Virus record (IMG/VR): IMGVR_UViG_3300046835_000018
Coordinates: 1-54,242 of that record
Length of the DNA stretch: 54,242 nucleotides
Strand: one strand, 5' to 3'
DNA from: a virus
Taxonomy: Duplodnaviria > Caudoviricetes
Shown in pieces: positions 33,544 to 43,821 of this stretch (positions within the stretch are counted from its first letter, which is position 1; each line of letters opens with the position of its first letter). Below the pieces are notes generated by a model. It was given only the letters and a program-made list of their open reading frames with translations, had not been told where the DNA came from and ran no database searches. The position numbers were made by a program, and so were the translations under genes.

Positions 33544-34410
33544 TTACCTCCAAGCCGATCTGAAGTTGATGTCCAGAGTAGCGCCTGTTCCAGACAATCC
33601 GCCAAAGCCAATGATGTTGTCGCCAGGCTCCAAGTGGAACCACTCAGCAGGTGAGTTCAACGTGTTGCGCCTGTTGACATTGCCATTCAAGTACACAGTG
33701 CGGTTACGTGTGTTGATCGTCAACGTGTCGGACGCAGTCAATTCGATGGTGAAGCCTAACGTGTCGTCAGTCGTACTGTTCGTGATGACCGGATTGATAA
33801 TCGGTCCAGTGATAATGAACTCGACAGGAGCTGGACGGTTACCTTCATTAGTAACCGTAGCACCTCCCGGAGTAGCACCACCGCCGAAGTCGATGCTGAA
33901 CCCCGCACTGAAAGCCAAACCTAGACCAGCATCGCCGCCGTAGCTGACCGTGGTCTGACTTTCCTCCGCAGTATAGATTCGAGGGTCCTCTGCGAACATC
34001 ATGAGCTGGATTGGTGTGATGCCAATCCGTCGAAGCAGTTCCCAGTTGTACCGAACGCCTCGAGGCTTGACGAAGATCAATCGCTCCTCGACACCCGGCA
34101 CAGAGAACACGAACGGTATCGGTGTCTGAACTGGTGCGTAGTTAGCCTTGATGCTATCCAAGTAGACTTCAGTGGCTGTAGCATCAGCTGCGTCGCTAGC
34201 GTACACCGTACCCTCTAGGACGACGTCGCGACCACGCTCGAACTCAGCATCGATGAATCCGCCATCAGAGCCTTCATGGTCTCGAATGGTTTCTCTGTAA
34301 GGCGCAGAGTCCAACCCGACGACTTTTTCCACATCCACAAAAGGCAGTGTAGTGTCATCGTTGAGTAACACCCCACTATCCAACTGGAACGTGTAGTCAT
34401 CCAGAGGCAT
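33544..34410 (-). CDS. Distal tail protein (Dit)
   Basis: AEDPR.Y, N.G.RPAP, L.PG.N, RSAW; position after the tape measure. Confidence 0.85.
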   Translation of the reverse strand: MPLDDYTFQLDSGVLLNDDTTLPFVDVEKVVGLDSAPYRETIRDHEGSDGGFIDAEFERGRDVVLEGTVYASDAADATATEVYLDSIKANYAPVQTPIPFVFSVPGVEERLIFVKPRGVRYNWELLRRIGITPIQLMMFAEDPRIYTAEESQTTVSYGGDAGLGLAFSAGFSIDFGGGATPGGATVTNEGNRPAPVEFIITGPIINPVITNSTTDDTLGFTIELTASDTLTINTRNRTVYLNGNVNRRNTLNSPAEWFHLEPGDNIIGFGGLSGTGATLDINFRSAWR

Positions 34411-37400
34411 TAGTACCTCCCCGCCAAAAGCCACCCGAGCTCAGCAGACTGTCGAACTGGATTGATCTCCTGAGTGTTGACAGTAATTTCTTGGTTCACC
34501 GTTCGTCCTGCATTGCCCGTCCCAGGAGCAGGCAGGATTGACCCTCTAGCATTCGTCGCTAGCGCTGCTGAGGACCCTTGCACCATCAAGTCCTGCGAGT
34601 TCATTCCATCCGCGAGCTGACGGATCATCGTCTGTCCGGCTTTGTACAAGCTGCCAGAACCTGACAGCGGACCAGTCTTGGCTGGCGAGAATGGGAAGTG
34701 GTCCCGAATCTTCTGGGCGAGCTCTTTGATCTTCTCAGTCGCTGCTTCGATGCGACTACTGATACCATCGATGAACGAGTTGATCAGGTTCTGTCCCGCA
34801 TCGTACATCCAACCGAAGTTGACTGTGAAGAAGTGTTTGACAGCTTCCCACGCATCTACGATCACCTGCTTCGCGGTATTGATCCTCTGACCGATGGTGT
34901 CCTTGATCTGAGTGAACGTCTTGTCAGCCAAGTACTGAATCTCGGACCACTTGGAGCTGAGCCAACTAGTAATGAAGTCCCAGGCATTCAGGATGACGTT
35001 CTTAATATCCTCACCAGTACCGGTAAAGAAGTTCTTGATGTTCCCCCAGATGGTTTCTGCAACCGCCTGAATAATACCCCAGACACCTTCGACGTAGGGA
35101 CCAATGAAGTCCCAAACGGCTGTAATAGTGTCCTTAATGCTGCCCCAAACGAAGTCCCAACCAATCTTGAGCATTTCCAAGCCCCAGAGGATGACGAACG
35201 TCACTGAGGCCATAGCTAGCTCGACGGTACCCTTGATGAACTCCCAGATAGCGACGAGCAAGCGTCCGATGTGACCTTCCCAGAACTGCTGCCACAGACC
35301 CTTTAGGTACTCGATGGACTGATTGAACTTGTCAACGACATAGTCCCAAGCCTGAGTCGTGACCTCCTTAATGGAAGTCCAGACATCGCTGACCTTAGTC
35401 TTGAAGCCTTCCCACTTTGCCCCAGCTTCGTCACCCTTGGCACCGATCTTGTCCCAGGCTGTCTTAAGCCATTCGCCAAGCTCCTGACCCTTTTCGTACA
35501 CCCAAACGAAGACCATGCCAATCCCAGTTAGCACAGCTCCGAAGGCCAAGAAGATAGCTAGGATCGGACCGCCAAAGGCTATAGCCAATACCCCGCCAAC
35601 GATCAGTGCAATGATCAACAACCACTTCGCAAGCCAGATTGCAGCACCGACTAGCTTGTCGATCGTTTCCTTGTGGTCATTGTAGTACTTGATCGCCTTC
35701 TCGATAGCTGGGATGACATAGTTGTCGATGATGTAGCCCAGGACTTCGAAGGCCTTTGCCAGCACATCCTTGACGTCGTTCGCTACTTCCTTAGCAGCTG
35801 GAATGATCTTGTCAACGAACATCTGGTACAACTCACGAGCAACAGGCATAACCTTTTCTTCGAGCACCGCCCGGAAACGTTCCAGGGCAGGTGCGAGATG
35901 CTCGTCGAATGCAGCCTTAACTTCCTGAGCAAACGGTATGATAACCTCATGCCATAGCCGTTCGACAGCGGCTCTGACATCGTGAATCATGTTTCGGAAC
36001 TGTTCGCTCTTCTCCCAAGCAATTCCGAAGCCGGCAGCCAGTACTCCTAGTCCTGTCACGAGTAGGGCAATTGCACCGATCAGGTAGAAGAAGGCTGCGC
36101 CGGCCGTTACTACAGCTGCAACCACACCAGCAAGGATGCCCAATAGGATTAGGACAAGACCTGCAACAATTGAGAACGCTGCACCGAGGGCCGCCAGGAT
36201 GACGATAATCTTCTGAGTGCGAGGGTCTAGCTCGTTGAACTTATCCAGTACCTTCTGCAGCCACTTGATCACCGAGACGAAGGCAGGTGTCAAGATGCGG
36301 CCAACAGCCTCTTGAAGGATCTTCCACTTGTTGCGAAGTAGTTCGGTCTGCGAAGCTACAGACTCGCTCATCTCGTTGTAGGCAGAGTCGAAGGCTCCAG
36401 CCGAGTCCTTCATGTCGCCCAAGTACCCGATGAACTCCTCTAGCTCGCCAGGACGAAGAAGAACCTGGTCGAGGAATCGTCGAGCCTGAATCGTTCCGCC
36501 GGCACCCTTGAAGATGTCTACCAGAGCAGCAACTCGATCAGCCTGAGGCAGCGCATCGAGTTTGTCTCGAAGGCCCTTGAGGATCTGTTCCAGAGGAAGC
36601 ATGTTGCCAGCAACATCGCGAACCTGGATGCCTAGGTTCTCCATGTTCTGTACAGCCGTTGGGTTGGAGATCGCATCCAAGGCACGTGCGAAGGAGCTAG
36701 AAGCCATCGCAGCACTAAGACCGTTACGAGTAAGGTAAGCTAGACCAGCAGCAACCTCTTCGAAGTTCTGACCGGCTCGAGTCGCCGATGGAACGACTCG
36801 ACCAAGAACAGATGCGAACTCGCCGTAGGTACCAACACCCTTACGAACGAGCTGGAACTGAATATCCAGGATCCTATTGACATCTTCAAGCGGAATGTTG
36901 AAGGCGTTCAGGATCGGGATAGTACCCTTAGCTGCGTCCTCCAGAGACACTTGACCAGCAACAGCCGTCTTCGCGAATGCCTCGAGCAGCACCGTAGCCT
37001 GTTCGAGGTTAGCGTTTGTCGAAGACAGGATGTTGTACAGTGCTGGTTGAATCTCTTCGAATGGTACAGCGATACGGTTGGCAATATCCAAACCAACCTG
37101 AGAGAGTTCATCAAGGCTAGCAGTGAAGTTGTCAACCTGTGTTGCTGTCTTTCGAACTTGTTGCTCGTAGTCTCTAGCTACGTTAATCGAGCTCATGAAG
37201 AAGGCGAGACCTGCGCCACCGGCGATTACTAGACCTGAGCCTACAGTGATGATCGATGACGAGACTGTATGCAAGGCATTCGAGAACCTGACAGCCTGTC
37301 TTCGAGAAGCTTCAAGTCCAGCTGCAGTATTCTTGAGGTGCTTCGCAAGCTGTTTCTGTGCATCGATCTCTGCCTGCGAAGCACCTACCGACTCTAGGTA

Positions 37401-37559
37401 CATAGCTCGCTCGGCAGCCAAACGAGCACCGGCACGGGCTGACTCAGCCTGGGCCAGAGCACCAGCCCGAGTCAGCTCACGTCCGAAGCCACGCACAACA
37501 CGAGACGCCTCATCCCTAGCTTTCAGGACAAGGTACAAGTTTCGTGTTGCTAGTGCCAT
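34410..37559 (-). CDS. Tape measure protein
   Basis: 1049 aa, TP901-type core, W-rich 11-aa periodic region, PFSPAKTGPLSG. Confidence 0.93.
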   Translation of the reverse strand: MALATRNLYLVLKARDEASRVVRGFGRELTRAGALAQAESARAGARLAAERAMYLESVGASQAEIDAQKQLAKHLKNTAAGLEASRRQAVRFSNALHTVSSSIITVGSGLVIAGGAGLAFFMSSINVARDYEQQVRKTATQVDNFTASLDELSQVGLDIANRIAVPFEEIQPALYNILSSTNANLEQATVLLEAFAKTAVAGQVSLEDAAKGTIPILNAFNIPLEDVNRILDIQFQLVRKGVGTYGEFASVLGRVVPSATRAGQNFEEVAAGLAYLTRNGLSAAMASSSFARALDAISNPTAVQNMENLGIQVRDVAGNMLPLEQILKGLRDKLDALPQADRVAALVDIFKGAGGTIQARRFLDQVLLRPGELEEFIGYLGDMKDSAGAFDSAYNEMSESVASQTELLRNKWKILQEAVGRILTPAFVSVIKWLQKVLDKFNELDPRTQKIIVILAALGAAFSIVAGLVLILLGILAGVVAAVVTAGAAFFYLIGAIALLVTGLGVLAAGFGIAWEKSEQFRNMIHDVRAAVERLWHEVIIPFAQEVKAAFDEHLAPALERFRAVLEEKVMPVARELYQMFVDKIIPAAKEVANDVKDVLAKAFEVLGYIIDNYVIPAIEKAIKYYNDHKETIDKLVGAAIWLAKWLLIIALIVGGVLAIAFGGPILAIFLAFGAVLTGIGMVFVWVYEKGQELGEWLKTAWDKIGAKGDEAGAKWEGFKTKVSDVWTSIKEVTTQAWDYVVDKFNQSIEYLKGLWQQFWEGHIGRLLVAIWEFIKGTVELAMASVTFVILWGLEMLKIGWDFVWGSIKDTITAVWDFIGPYVEGVWGIIQAVAETIWGNIKNFFTGTGEDIKNVILNAWDFITSWLSSKWSEIQYLADKTFTQIKDTIGQRINTAKQVIVDAWEAVKHFFTVNFGWMYDAGQNLINSFIDGISSRIEAATEKIKELAQKIRDHFPFSPAKTGPLSGSGSLYKAGQTMIRQLADGMNSQDLMVQGSSAALATNARGSILPAPGTGNAGRTVNQEITVNTQEINPVRQSAELGWLLAGRY

Positions 37560-37792
37560 TACTTCACCTTAGCCGTCTCACGTTCTTGACGCTTGTTGTC
37601 AGCCTCAAGAACTATGTTGGTCAGGTATACGAAGTACGCGTCTTGATTGAAAAGGCCGCCTGGCAAAGGTAGTGCCTGAAACGCTTGACACATCCGAACC
37701 AAGTTCACAACCTGGACTACGTCCCGATCTGCAGGCCTGCTCATTAGGATCGATGCTTCGATCCTGTAGATCAGACCTGGGACGATTTTCCC
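37559..37792 (-). CDS. Tail assembly chaperone, -1 frameshift extension
   Basis: The -1 frame from GGGAAAA (37786-37792) reads IVPGLIYRIEASILMSRPAD... to the stop at 37559. Confidence 0.8.
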   Translation of the reverse strand, partial: GKIVPGLIYRIEASILMSRPADRDVVQVVNLVRMCQAFQALPLPGGLFNQDAYFVYLTNIVLEADNKRQERETAKVK

Positions 37793-38190
37793 TTGTCGTC
37801 CGTCGATGAACGCTTGGACTGCCGCTCGAAGTCATTCAGCTCAGCGAGCAGGTCGTTGATCTCCTGACCCACGCGAGGATCCAACGAGCGCACGTCTTCG
37901 TGCTTCTGGAAGTTGAGCTTGATCCCGTTCTCGTTCTCCAGGTTGTGATCGAGGACACACCGAGAGAACTCGACGAGAGTGACCATCTCGTTGATCATGG
38001 CGACCTCGGCATCGAGAGCTCGCTTGCCATCACCCTTGTCGCCGGTGTCGGTAGCGAAGCGCATCTTCATCGCCTCTTGGTCCTTCTGGAGCTTCTCACC
38101 AAAGGAGAGGCGACGAATCTCAACCCAGCCACCTTCGACTGTTTCGAGGTCGCGCCTCTCCGCGGTGAGTACAACTGTAGCTCTAGGCAT
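37771..38190 (-). CDS. Tail assembly chaperone
   Basis: GGAGGG RBS before ATG 38190; lies between tail tube and tape measure. Confidence 0.85.
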   Translation of the reverse strand: MPRATVVLTAERRDLETVEGGWVEIRRLSFGEKLQKDQEAMKMRFATDTGDKGDGKRALDAEVAMINEMVTLVEFSRCVLDHNLENENGIKLNFQKHEDVRSLDPRVGQEINDLLAELNDFERQSKRSSTDDKGKSSQV

Positions 38191-38287
38191 TTCACCCTCC
38201 AGTTTGCGCCTAGTGAACGTGGTCAGCGCGCCCATGTGCTTTACATTCCCCACAGGGCCGCGCGCGATAACTTCCGGATAGTTTAAA

Positions 38288-38380
38288 GAGATTAGCTTTA
38301 GACATATTTGCAGTACTAAGCACGTGAGGTGTAGATTCAAGTAGTCTAGTAGAGGTCTAAGCATGTCTGTTTAACGTCTA
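38288..38380 (+). repeat. 93-bp phased AGAC/GTCT element, copy 3
   Basis: GAGAT 38288, TAGAC 38299, 40-bp spacer, GTCT at 38344/38355/38365/38376. Confidence 0.85.
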
Positions 38381-38401
38381 CGGGAAGTTGTAGCCTAGCT
38401 A

Positions 38402-39661
38402 CTACGTGACATTCTCTTGGGTTTTGACGGTGATGGTGTAGGAGTTACCAGAACCGTCGATTGGCATCTGGTAGGCGATGCTCGCTCGTACGAGGTCGCC
38501 CTGACCGCTCAGACCCACTTCGTAGGTGTCCTTGATAGACACCGCAGTGAGAAGTGTGATCGAGTTGTTCACGCCCTTGGTTGCCACGAACGTGATTGAC
38601 TGCGACGTGAGTGCCTTGAAGGCATCGTAGTCAGTCTTGTTCAGGAAGTCGCGCTCGACATTCAAGCCGAGCGCACGCTCGCCGTACTTGATGTACTGAG
38701 CTCCTCGGCCAGTGTCCTTCAGACGGAACTGAGGCTCGGCGTTGTCCTCACACGTCCACTCGAAGGTGTCAACATCGAACACCTGCGAAGCCGTGGGAAT
38801 GGAGATCGCGTACTGGCCGGCACCGAACGGCACGGTCGTCGTGAACGTCGGAACTGGTGTCGCCTGAGTAGCCTCGTCCTGTCCAACGATGCTGACGTTG
38901 AACATCAGGAGACCTTCGTTGATCGTGAACTTGAACGATCCGACGACGCAGCCAGTGTAGCCGAAGACGATGCCGTTGCGCTCCACCGTGAGGCTCAGCG
39001 TACGCACCGGGATAGCCGCCGGTGTGGGTGTTGCGACGTACGTGTAGTTCGAGGATCCGGTCTTGACGATCGAGCACCGGGCGGCATACATGAAGTGGGC
39101 GACCACGTCCTCGAGCGCCTCGATCTCGATGTCACCCTCGCAGTGGGCATTGCCTGCGACAGCGCCGATGATGTCAGCACTCTTGCGAATCGGCCGACGC
39201 CAGATCGTTGCCTGCTGGTACTGAAGCGACTCGCTGACGAATGGGAAGTACTTCGTCGGAGCCACGTAGGTGCCAGAAGCAGATGCTGTGTTGACCGTCG
39301 GGAAGGCTCCGGCAGGAGAGCCGACAGCAGCGTCGTTGTACAGCAGCACGACGCCAAGAGTAGCCAGCAGCAATTCGGTACCAGAAGCGCCAGCAGCGGC
39401 GGTCCGGTACACCTTGTAGCCAGTTGCTCCCGTGACGGCGCCCCACGTCAGGCCGGCCGTCAGGTTACCCGCAGCTGTGGTGACCGTGATCTCGTTGCTG
39501 ACCGAGGTCTCACCGAGCGCGTTGATCGCCGTGACGTAGTACTTGTATGCGCCAGCAGTCAACGCACCGCCAGCGGTAGCACTTCCGGCGAGCACAGGTG
39601 GCGTGAGTACCTCAGCAGCCAGTCCCATTTGCCCGCCAGCACCAATGCCTGGAGACGTCAT
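38402..39661 (-). CDS. Major tail tube protein with inserted N-terminal FN3-like domain
   Basis: Tail-tube-like C-terminal region (SLTVER, YTGC.V.S); N-terminal YYVTA..GET..W..V.GATGYKVYR. Confidence 0.85.
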   Translation of the reverse strand: MTSPGIGAGGQMGLAAEVLTPPVLAGSATAGGALTAGAYKYYVTAINALGETSVSNEITVTTAAGNLTAGLTWGAVTGATGYKVYRTAAAGASGTELLLATLGVVLLYNDAAVGSPAGAFPTVNTASASGTYVAPTKYFPFVSESLQYQQATIWRRPIRKSADIIGAVAGNAHCEGDIEIEALEDVVAHFMYAARCSIVKTGSSNYTYVATPTPAAIPVRTLSLTVERNGIVFGYTGCVVGSFKFTINEGLLMFNVSIVGQDEATQATPVPTFTTTVPFGAGQYAISIPTASQVFDVDTFEWTCEDNAEPQFRLKDTGRGAQYIKYGERALGLNVERDFLNKTDYDAFKALTSQSITFVATKGVNNSITLLTAVSIKDTYEVGLSGQGDLVRASIAYQMPIDGSGNSYTITVKTQENVT

Positions 39662-39892
39662 TTAGCCCTCCTCACCCTTCTCCGCCTCGGACGTAACCTC
39701 AGCATCGGACTCTTCGATGGTCAAGGTGCAGGTCACTCCGGCCGTGAAGAAGCCCTGTGCGACCGGATACCCGTAGACCGCTTCGAACTGCATCTGTGTG
39801 TGCTCCGGGATGACCTTGGTCTCTCCCGGTTCGAACGTGCCGAGCACTGGGATTTGACCGCCATGCTCGGACGTGATCTCAATCTTCAACAT
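39662..39892 (-). CDS. Hypothetical virion-module protein
   Basis: AGGAG RBS. Confidence 0.65.
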   Translation of the reverse strand: MLKIEITSEHGGQIPVLGTFEPGETKVIPEHTQMQFEAVYGYPVAQGFFTAGVTCTLTIEESDAEVTSEAEKGEEG

Positions 39893-39903
39893 GTCGTTCT
39901 CTC

Positions 39904-40386
39904 CTAAGCGAACGGCAACGACGTCTTGTTCTTGCCGTACCATGTGAGTCGTGCTGTCCTGTACAGTGTGCCTGCCTTGTACGTGTATCCGGATTCATTG
40001 GATCGCACGAAGCCATGGATCATGTACGGGTCAGCTGCATCACCATTTGTCAGCTGCAGGTCCTGGTGAAGGAACAATTCTACAGCATACGCAAGCTGGT
40101 CCACTTCCAGCCTGGTCGTCTCGTTGCTCTGAACCTTGTTGTGGTAGATCATCAGGTAGATCTCGAAGATGTTCTCAGTCATGTTCGGAACGCCTGCAAG
40201 CGTCCGTGACTTGTCATTCGGCTCGACACAGATCGCAGGTGTACGTGGAATGCGATCCTGATCGCCGTAGAAGACATCCTGCGCAGCGACTGGCGCAAAC
40301 AAACTCTTCTGCGCGTCTATCATAGTAACAAGTCGCGAGGCTACGACAGCAATGCTTCCTGGGTAGGTAGGATATGGTTGAGTCAT
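39904..40386 (-). CDS. Putative tail terminator
   Basis: Position before the tail tube; P.I.V motif. Confidence 0.65.
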   Translation of the reverse strand: MTQPYPTYPGSIAVVASRLVTMIDAQKSLFAPVAAQDVFYGDQDRIPRTPAICVEPNDKSRTLAGVPNMTENIFEIYLMIYHNKVQSNETTRLEVDQLAYAVELFLHQDLQLTNGDAADPYMIHGFVRSNESGYTYKAGTLYRTARLTWYGKNKTSLPFA

Positions 40387-41084
40387 CGAACGTGCCAACC
40401 CCTTCCTACCTGATCAGCACGCTTCTCCATCCACTCGATGAAGATCTCCTGGATGGCTTCCACATCCTCATCCTGGAACAACGCGAACTCGCGCTGTGGG
40501 ATTACGAACTTGGTCTGCGTCGATGCTACGATAGGTGACTTGTCGCCCATCGACAACGCATTAGCAAGTCGCTCGATGTCACCGCGACTTGCCTGGGGTC
40601 CCAGTGTGCGCCTTGCGAGCATTCCGATGCTACCATAACCACTCTGGTGGAGGTTACCGTACCAGACATTAGAAGGTAGCTGTCGGATGGAAGCTGTCTC
40701 ATTTGTGATTGCCCACACTTCGAAGCTTGATGCCACACTCCGTAGTGCTCCTGATCGAACGAGGATAGGCTCAGTAGCGCCACCACGTTGTTCGACCGTA
40801 TAAGGAGCCAAAGGTTCCCATGCAGTAGGACGTCCACCCTCTGTGAAGTTCCGGAAGATGGAAGGTTCCATAACCGCTCGGATAGCTGTCACGAGCGGAA
40901 GTCTAAAGGACTGAAGTTCCAAGCCTAGCTTGTAGATGTCCTTAGCCACAAGACCAGGTGCAGGGTAGAAAGACCAGCCAGCATACAAGACACGCTGGAA
41001 CTTAAGACCGCCAAAGCCCCCACGTCCGTAGACCGCATACTTGATGTCGGACGGACGGAGAGGACCTAGAAACGGTGATGTCAT
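40383..41084 (-). CDS. Virion morphogenesis protein (Mu gpG-like)
   Basis: F..GG.P..W.PL, IL.RSG.L, HQ.G, IPQREF. Confidence 0.8.
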   Translation of the reverse strand: MTSPFLGPLRPSDIKYAVYGRGGFGGLKFQRVLYAGWSFYPAPGLVAKDIYKLGLELQSFRLPLVTAIRAVMEPSIFRNFTEGGRPTAWEPLAPYTVEQRGGATEPILVRSGALRSVASSFEVWAITNETASIRQLPSNVWYGNLHQSGYGSIGMLARRTLGPQASRGDIERLANALSMGDKSPIVASTQTKFVIPQREFALFQDEDVEAIQEIFIEWMEKRADQVGRGWHVR

Positions 41085-41096
41085 CTACCCTCCAGT

Positions 41097-41543
41097 CTAG
41101 AAGCGCATCCCCATCGAGAATGCGGCTGGACCGAGGGAAGGATCGGCGCGAGTAGGCTCCAAAGCCGACGAAGCATCCGTAGGATAGAATGCCGGCGAGC
41201 CACTAATGTCCTCGACGCCCGGTAGTTCGATTGTTCCATCGAGCAACCCTAGCATGAGCATCTCAGCGTTAGCCTTGAGACGGTCAGCGTAGTTGCTACC
41301 CTGCTCGATGTCTTCACTGTACTGACGGTCGTATACCCACGCCACGTAGAACTTCGAGATGATCGTTCGAACAAGCTTCGGCGTAGTAGCCTCAGTCAGC
41401 CAAAGTGTCGTGTCTGTGATGCTGCTCAGTCGAGTGATGACCTCTGTTGCCAAGTGGTCTTCGAGTTGGAGATCAAGAGCGGAGAGAGACAGCTTGGTAC
41501 CCTCGACCCAGGCTTGCGCTTCAGGCACTGAGATGTGCGCCAT
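41097..41543 (-). CDS. Head-tail adaptor (Mu gp36-like)
   Basis: P.LVR.I, A..L..L.DG.I.L, FSMG..F; position. Confidence 0.65.
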   Translation of the reverse strand: MAHISVPEAQAWVEGTKLSLSALDLQLEDHLATEVITRLSSITDTTLWLTEATTPKLVRTIISKFYVAWVYDRQYSEDIEQGSNYADRLKANAEMLMLGLLDGTIELPGVEDISGSPAFYPTDASSALEPTRADPSLGPAAFSMGMRF

Positions 41544-41586
41544 GCTGTCCCCCTCCTCTCTTGGTTACGCTGGCCGTGCCAACGAA

Positions 41587-41961
41587 CTACGCGTTCGGGT
41601 TGCTGAGGTCGAGGTCCTCGACCGGCGCCGGGGCAGGCTCGCCCGGAAGACCCTGGTCGGGAGCCGGTCCGCCCTCCGGAGGAGTGGTGCCCTCCGGCGA
41701 AGCAGCCTCGACCTCGGTGTCGAGCTGCTCGTTGGCCGCGATGACCTTGTCGAGCTCGGCGATGGCCGCGGTGGTGTCGCCCGACTCGATGAGCCGGCGA
41801 ACGTCCTTCAGCAATTCGGTCTGTCCTGCCTGGAGCTCGGCGATACTCGCCATCAGCTCAGCCTGTCCTGCCATGAGGCTCTCACCCTTCTTGATGATCT
41901 TGGTCGTGAGTGTGATCAGGTCGTAGATCTTCTGGATGACTGGATCAGTTGGTGCTGTCAT
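41587..41961 (-). CDS. Hypothetical protein (coiled coil, Pro-rich tail)
   Basis: 124-aa ORF in the head module. Confidence 0.6.
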   Translation of the reverse strand: MTAPTDPVIQKIYDLITLTTKIIKKGESLMAGQAELMASIAELQAGQTELLKDVRRLIESGDTTAAIAELDKVIAANEQLDTEVEAASPEGTTPPEGGPAPDQGLPGEPAPAPVEDLDLSNPNA

Positions 41962-42331
41962 CCTTGTTGTCCTCGTCCTTCAGCGGCTGTGCCACCGTGC
42001 CGACGAGCTCGGAAGCGATCTCCGGGCTGTTCGGGGTCGGGTTGGGAGCGAGGCCCGGGATCTCGTTGGCGTCCCGAGGAGGGTTATCCTCGGCTGCCTT
42101 CTTCTCGGCCTCGATCGCTTCGATCTGAGCCTTGAGGCGGTCGATCTCGTCGTCACGGTGATCGCGAGGAACCTGGTTCGGGTCGACCTCGCGCAGGACG
42201 CCCGACTGCCACAGCCGAACCATGACCTCCTTGGAGAGGCCAGTGACTTCCTCGCCAGCCTCGAACACCTTGATCTCGCCGCCAGCTTCGCCGTGACGGA
42301 TCTGGTTGACTGCAAAGTACTGCTTCGCCAT
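41945..42331 (-). CDS. Hypothetical head-associated protein
   Basis: GAGGAGG RBS; follows the capsid gene. Confidence 0.7.
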   Translation of the reverse strand: MAKQYFAVNQIRHGEAGGEIKVFEAGEEVTGLSKEVMVRLWQSGVLREVDPNQVPRDHRDDEIDRLKAQIEAIEAEKKAAEDNPPRDANEIPGLAPNPTPNSPEIASELVGTVAQPLKDEDNKDDSTN

Positions 42332-42364
42332 TTCGTTACACCTCCTCAGGTGTGTCGACGCCGC

Positions 42365-43357
42365 TTAAGCGACGGCATCCTTGATCAGGTATCCGCCGAT
42401 GGCCTTGGCCGCCGTGCCGACGGCACCGTCGCCGAGAGCGGTGAGCTTCAGGTCGTAGTAGCGGCAGACGCGAATGAGGTCGCTCTTCCGCTGCTCCTCA
42501 CGCCACCGGTCGACGTACTGTGCCTGGCCGCCAGGATTGCCGACCCACTTGTACTCGTACCCGTAGGCAGGAATCTTCAGGCCGGCACGCTGAGGCACGT
42601 ACGCCAGGATGACGTCCTTGCCCCAGAGGTAGCCGACCGCGATCGGCTGGCCGAGGTTGGTCGAGCCGATGCCGACGCCCGGAACGACGATCTTCGGCAG
42701 GCCGACGATCGCAGCGATCAGGTCCGCGGAGACGATGCCCCGCTCGGAGTACTTGATGCGCTCGAGGAAGTCCGGGTGGTCTTCCAGCTTGGTCATCACC
42801 TGGTACGGGAAGATGCCCACGTTGGGTTCCGTGAAGATCTTCGAGTGGATGGCAACCTTGCCGGTGCGCAGGTCACCGATCGGGTCGGAGTTGACGTAGT
42901 CGCTCCACTGCGTGGTGCCGGAGAGCGTGGTCGTGTTGGTCGAGTTGTAGTTGGCCGCAGTCGTCGCGAGGTCCTTCATGGCCTTCTCGCGCCCGAGCCA
43001 GATCTTGCTGGTGACGAGTTCGGCACCGTCACGATCCGGCGACAGAGGACTGTCGGAGTTCCAGCGCTCTTCGTCCGTCACCGGAATCTGGAGCGAGTGC
43101 TCCTGGGCGTAGTAGGTGTCAGTTGACACAGCGAGACCAGTGATCTCGTTGGCCAACGTGCCCGGTGCCCGCAGGTCGTTCTCGACGAGCCATCCTTCGC
43201 GGCCGAACACGTAGTACTTGTCCGACTGCTTGTTGACATTCACGCTGGGGAAGAGGTTCTCCCCGACGAGACCGTTGTTCGGCCACGCAACGCTGATCTG
43301 AGTGAGGATCTGATCAACGTGAACGTTGCCGGCACCGGTCGGCTGGTACACAGTCAT
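42365..43357 (-). CDS. Major capsid protein
   Basis: 330 aa; LTQISVA, FP.V.V, WSDY..SDPI, P.YGY; very high GC3. Confidence 0.9.
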   Translation of the reverse strand: MTVYQPTGAGNVHVDQILTQISVAWPNNGLVGENLFPSVNVNKQSDKYYVFGREGWLVENDLRAPGTLANEITGLAVSTDTYYAQEHSLQIPVTDEERWNSDSPLSPDRDGAELVTSKIWLGREKAMKDLATTAANYNSTNTTTLSGTTQWSDYVNSDPIGDLRTGKVAIHSKIFTEPNVGIFPYQVMTKLEDHPDFLERIKYSERGIVSADLIAAIVGLPKIVVPGVGIGSTNLGQPIAVGYLWGKDVILAYVPQRAGLKIPAYGYEYKWVGNPGGQAQYVDRWREEQRKSDLIRVCRYYDLKLTALGDGAVGTAAKAIGGYLIKDAVA

Positions 43358-43376
43358 GCTTTACCTCCCTCAGATG

Positions 43377-43808
43377 TTAGAGCGCCGGGCAACCGGGCGT
43401 GAGCAGCACGTCGATCAGGTCACCGTCGGCAGGAGTGCCGATCGGGTATGGGCCCACGACGATCCCAACCGGAATGTTCGTGGACACCGCGAGCTTCACG
43501 CCGCCGGCCGTGGAGGCTGCGACGATCGACCCGAACAGGATTGTTCCAGGAGTAGCAGCGACACGCACCTTGGAGATGCCGAGCAGCCGCACGCTCGCCC
43601 CGACCTTGCCCGTCGCGATGTCGGCAGCGTCGACGCTCTCCTGGAGAATACCCAGAGAGCGCGTGGTCGCCGTAGCGTTCAGGTCGATCTTGCCAGTCGA
43701 CGTGCTCGCAGTGACACACCGGTAAGCCAGTGCACCCGCAGCCGCCGAGCTGTTGTACGTCGACAAGACTTCGAAGGTCTTGTCGAGAACGAAGTTAGCG
43801 CCAGCCAT
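43377..43808 (-). CDS. Capsid decoration/cement protein (DUF2190-like)
   Basis: Gly/Ala-rich, ends GD.IDVLL; between protease and capsid. Confidence 0.75.
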   Translation of the reverse strand: MAGANFVLDKTFEVLSTYNSSAAAGALAYRCVTASTSTGKIDLNATATTRSLGILQESVDAADIATGKVGASVRLLGISKVRVAATPGTILFGSIVAASTAGGVKLAVSTNIPVGIVVGPYPIGTPADGDLIDVLLTPGCPAL

Positions 43809-43821
43809 GATTTACCTCCCC

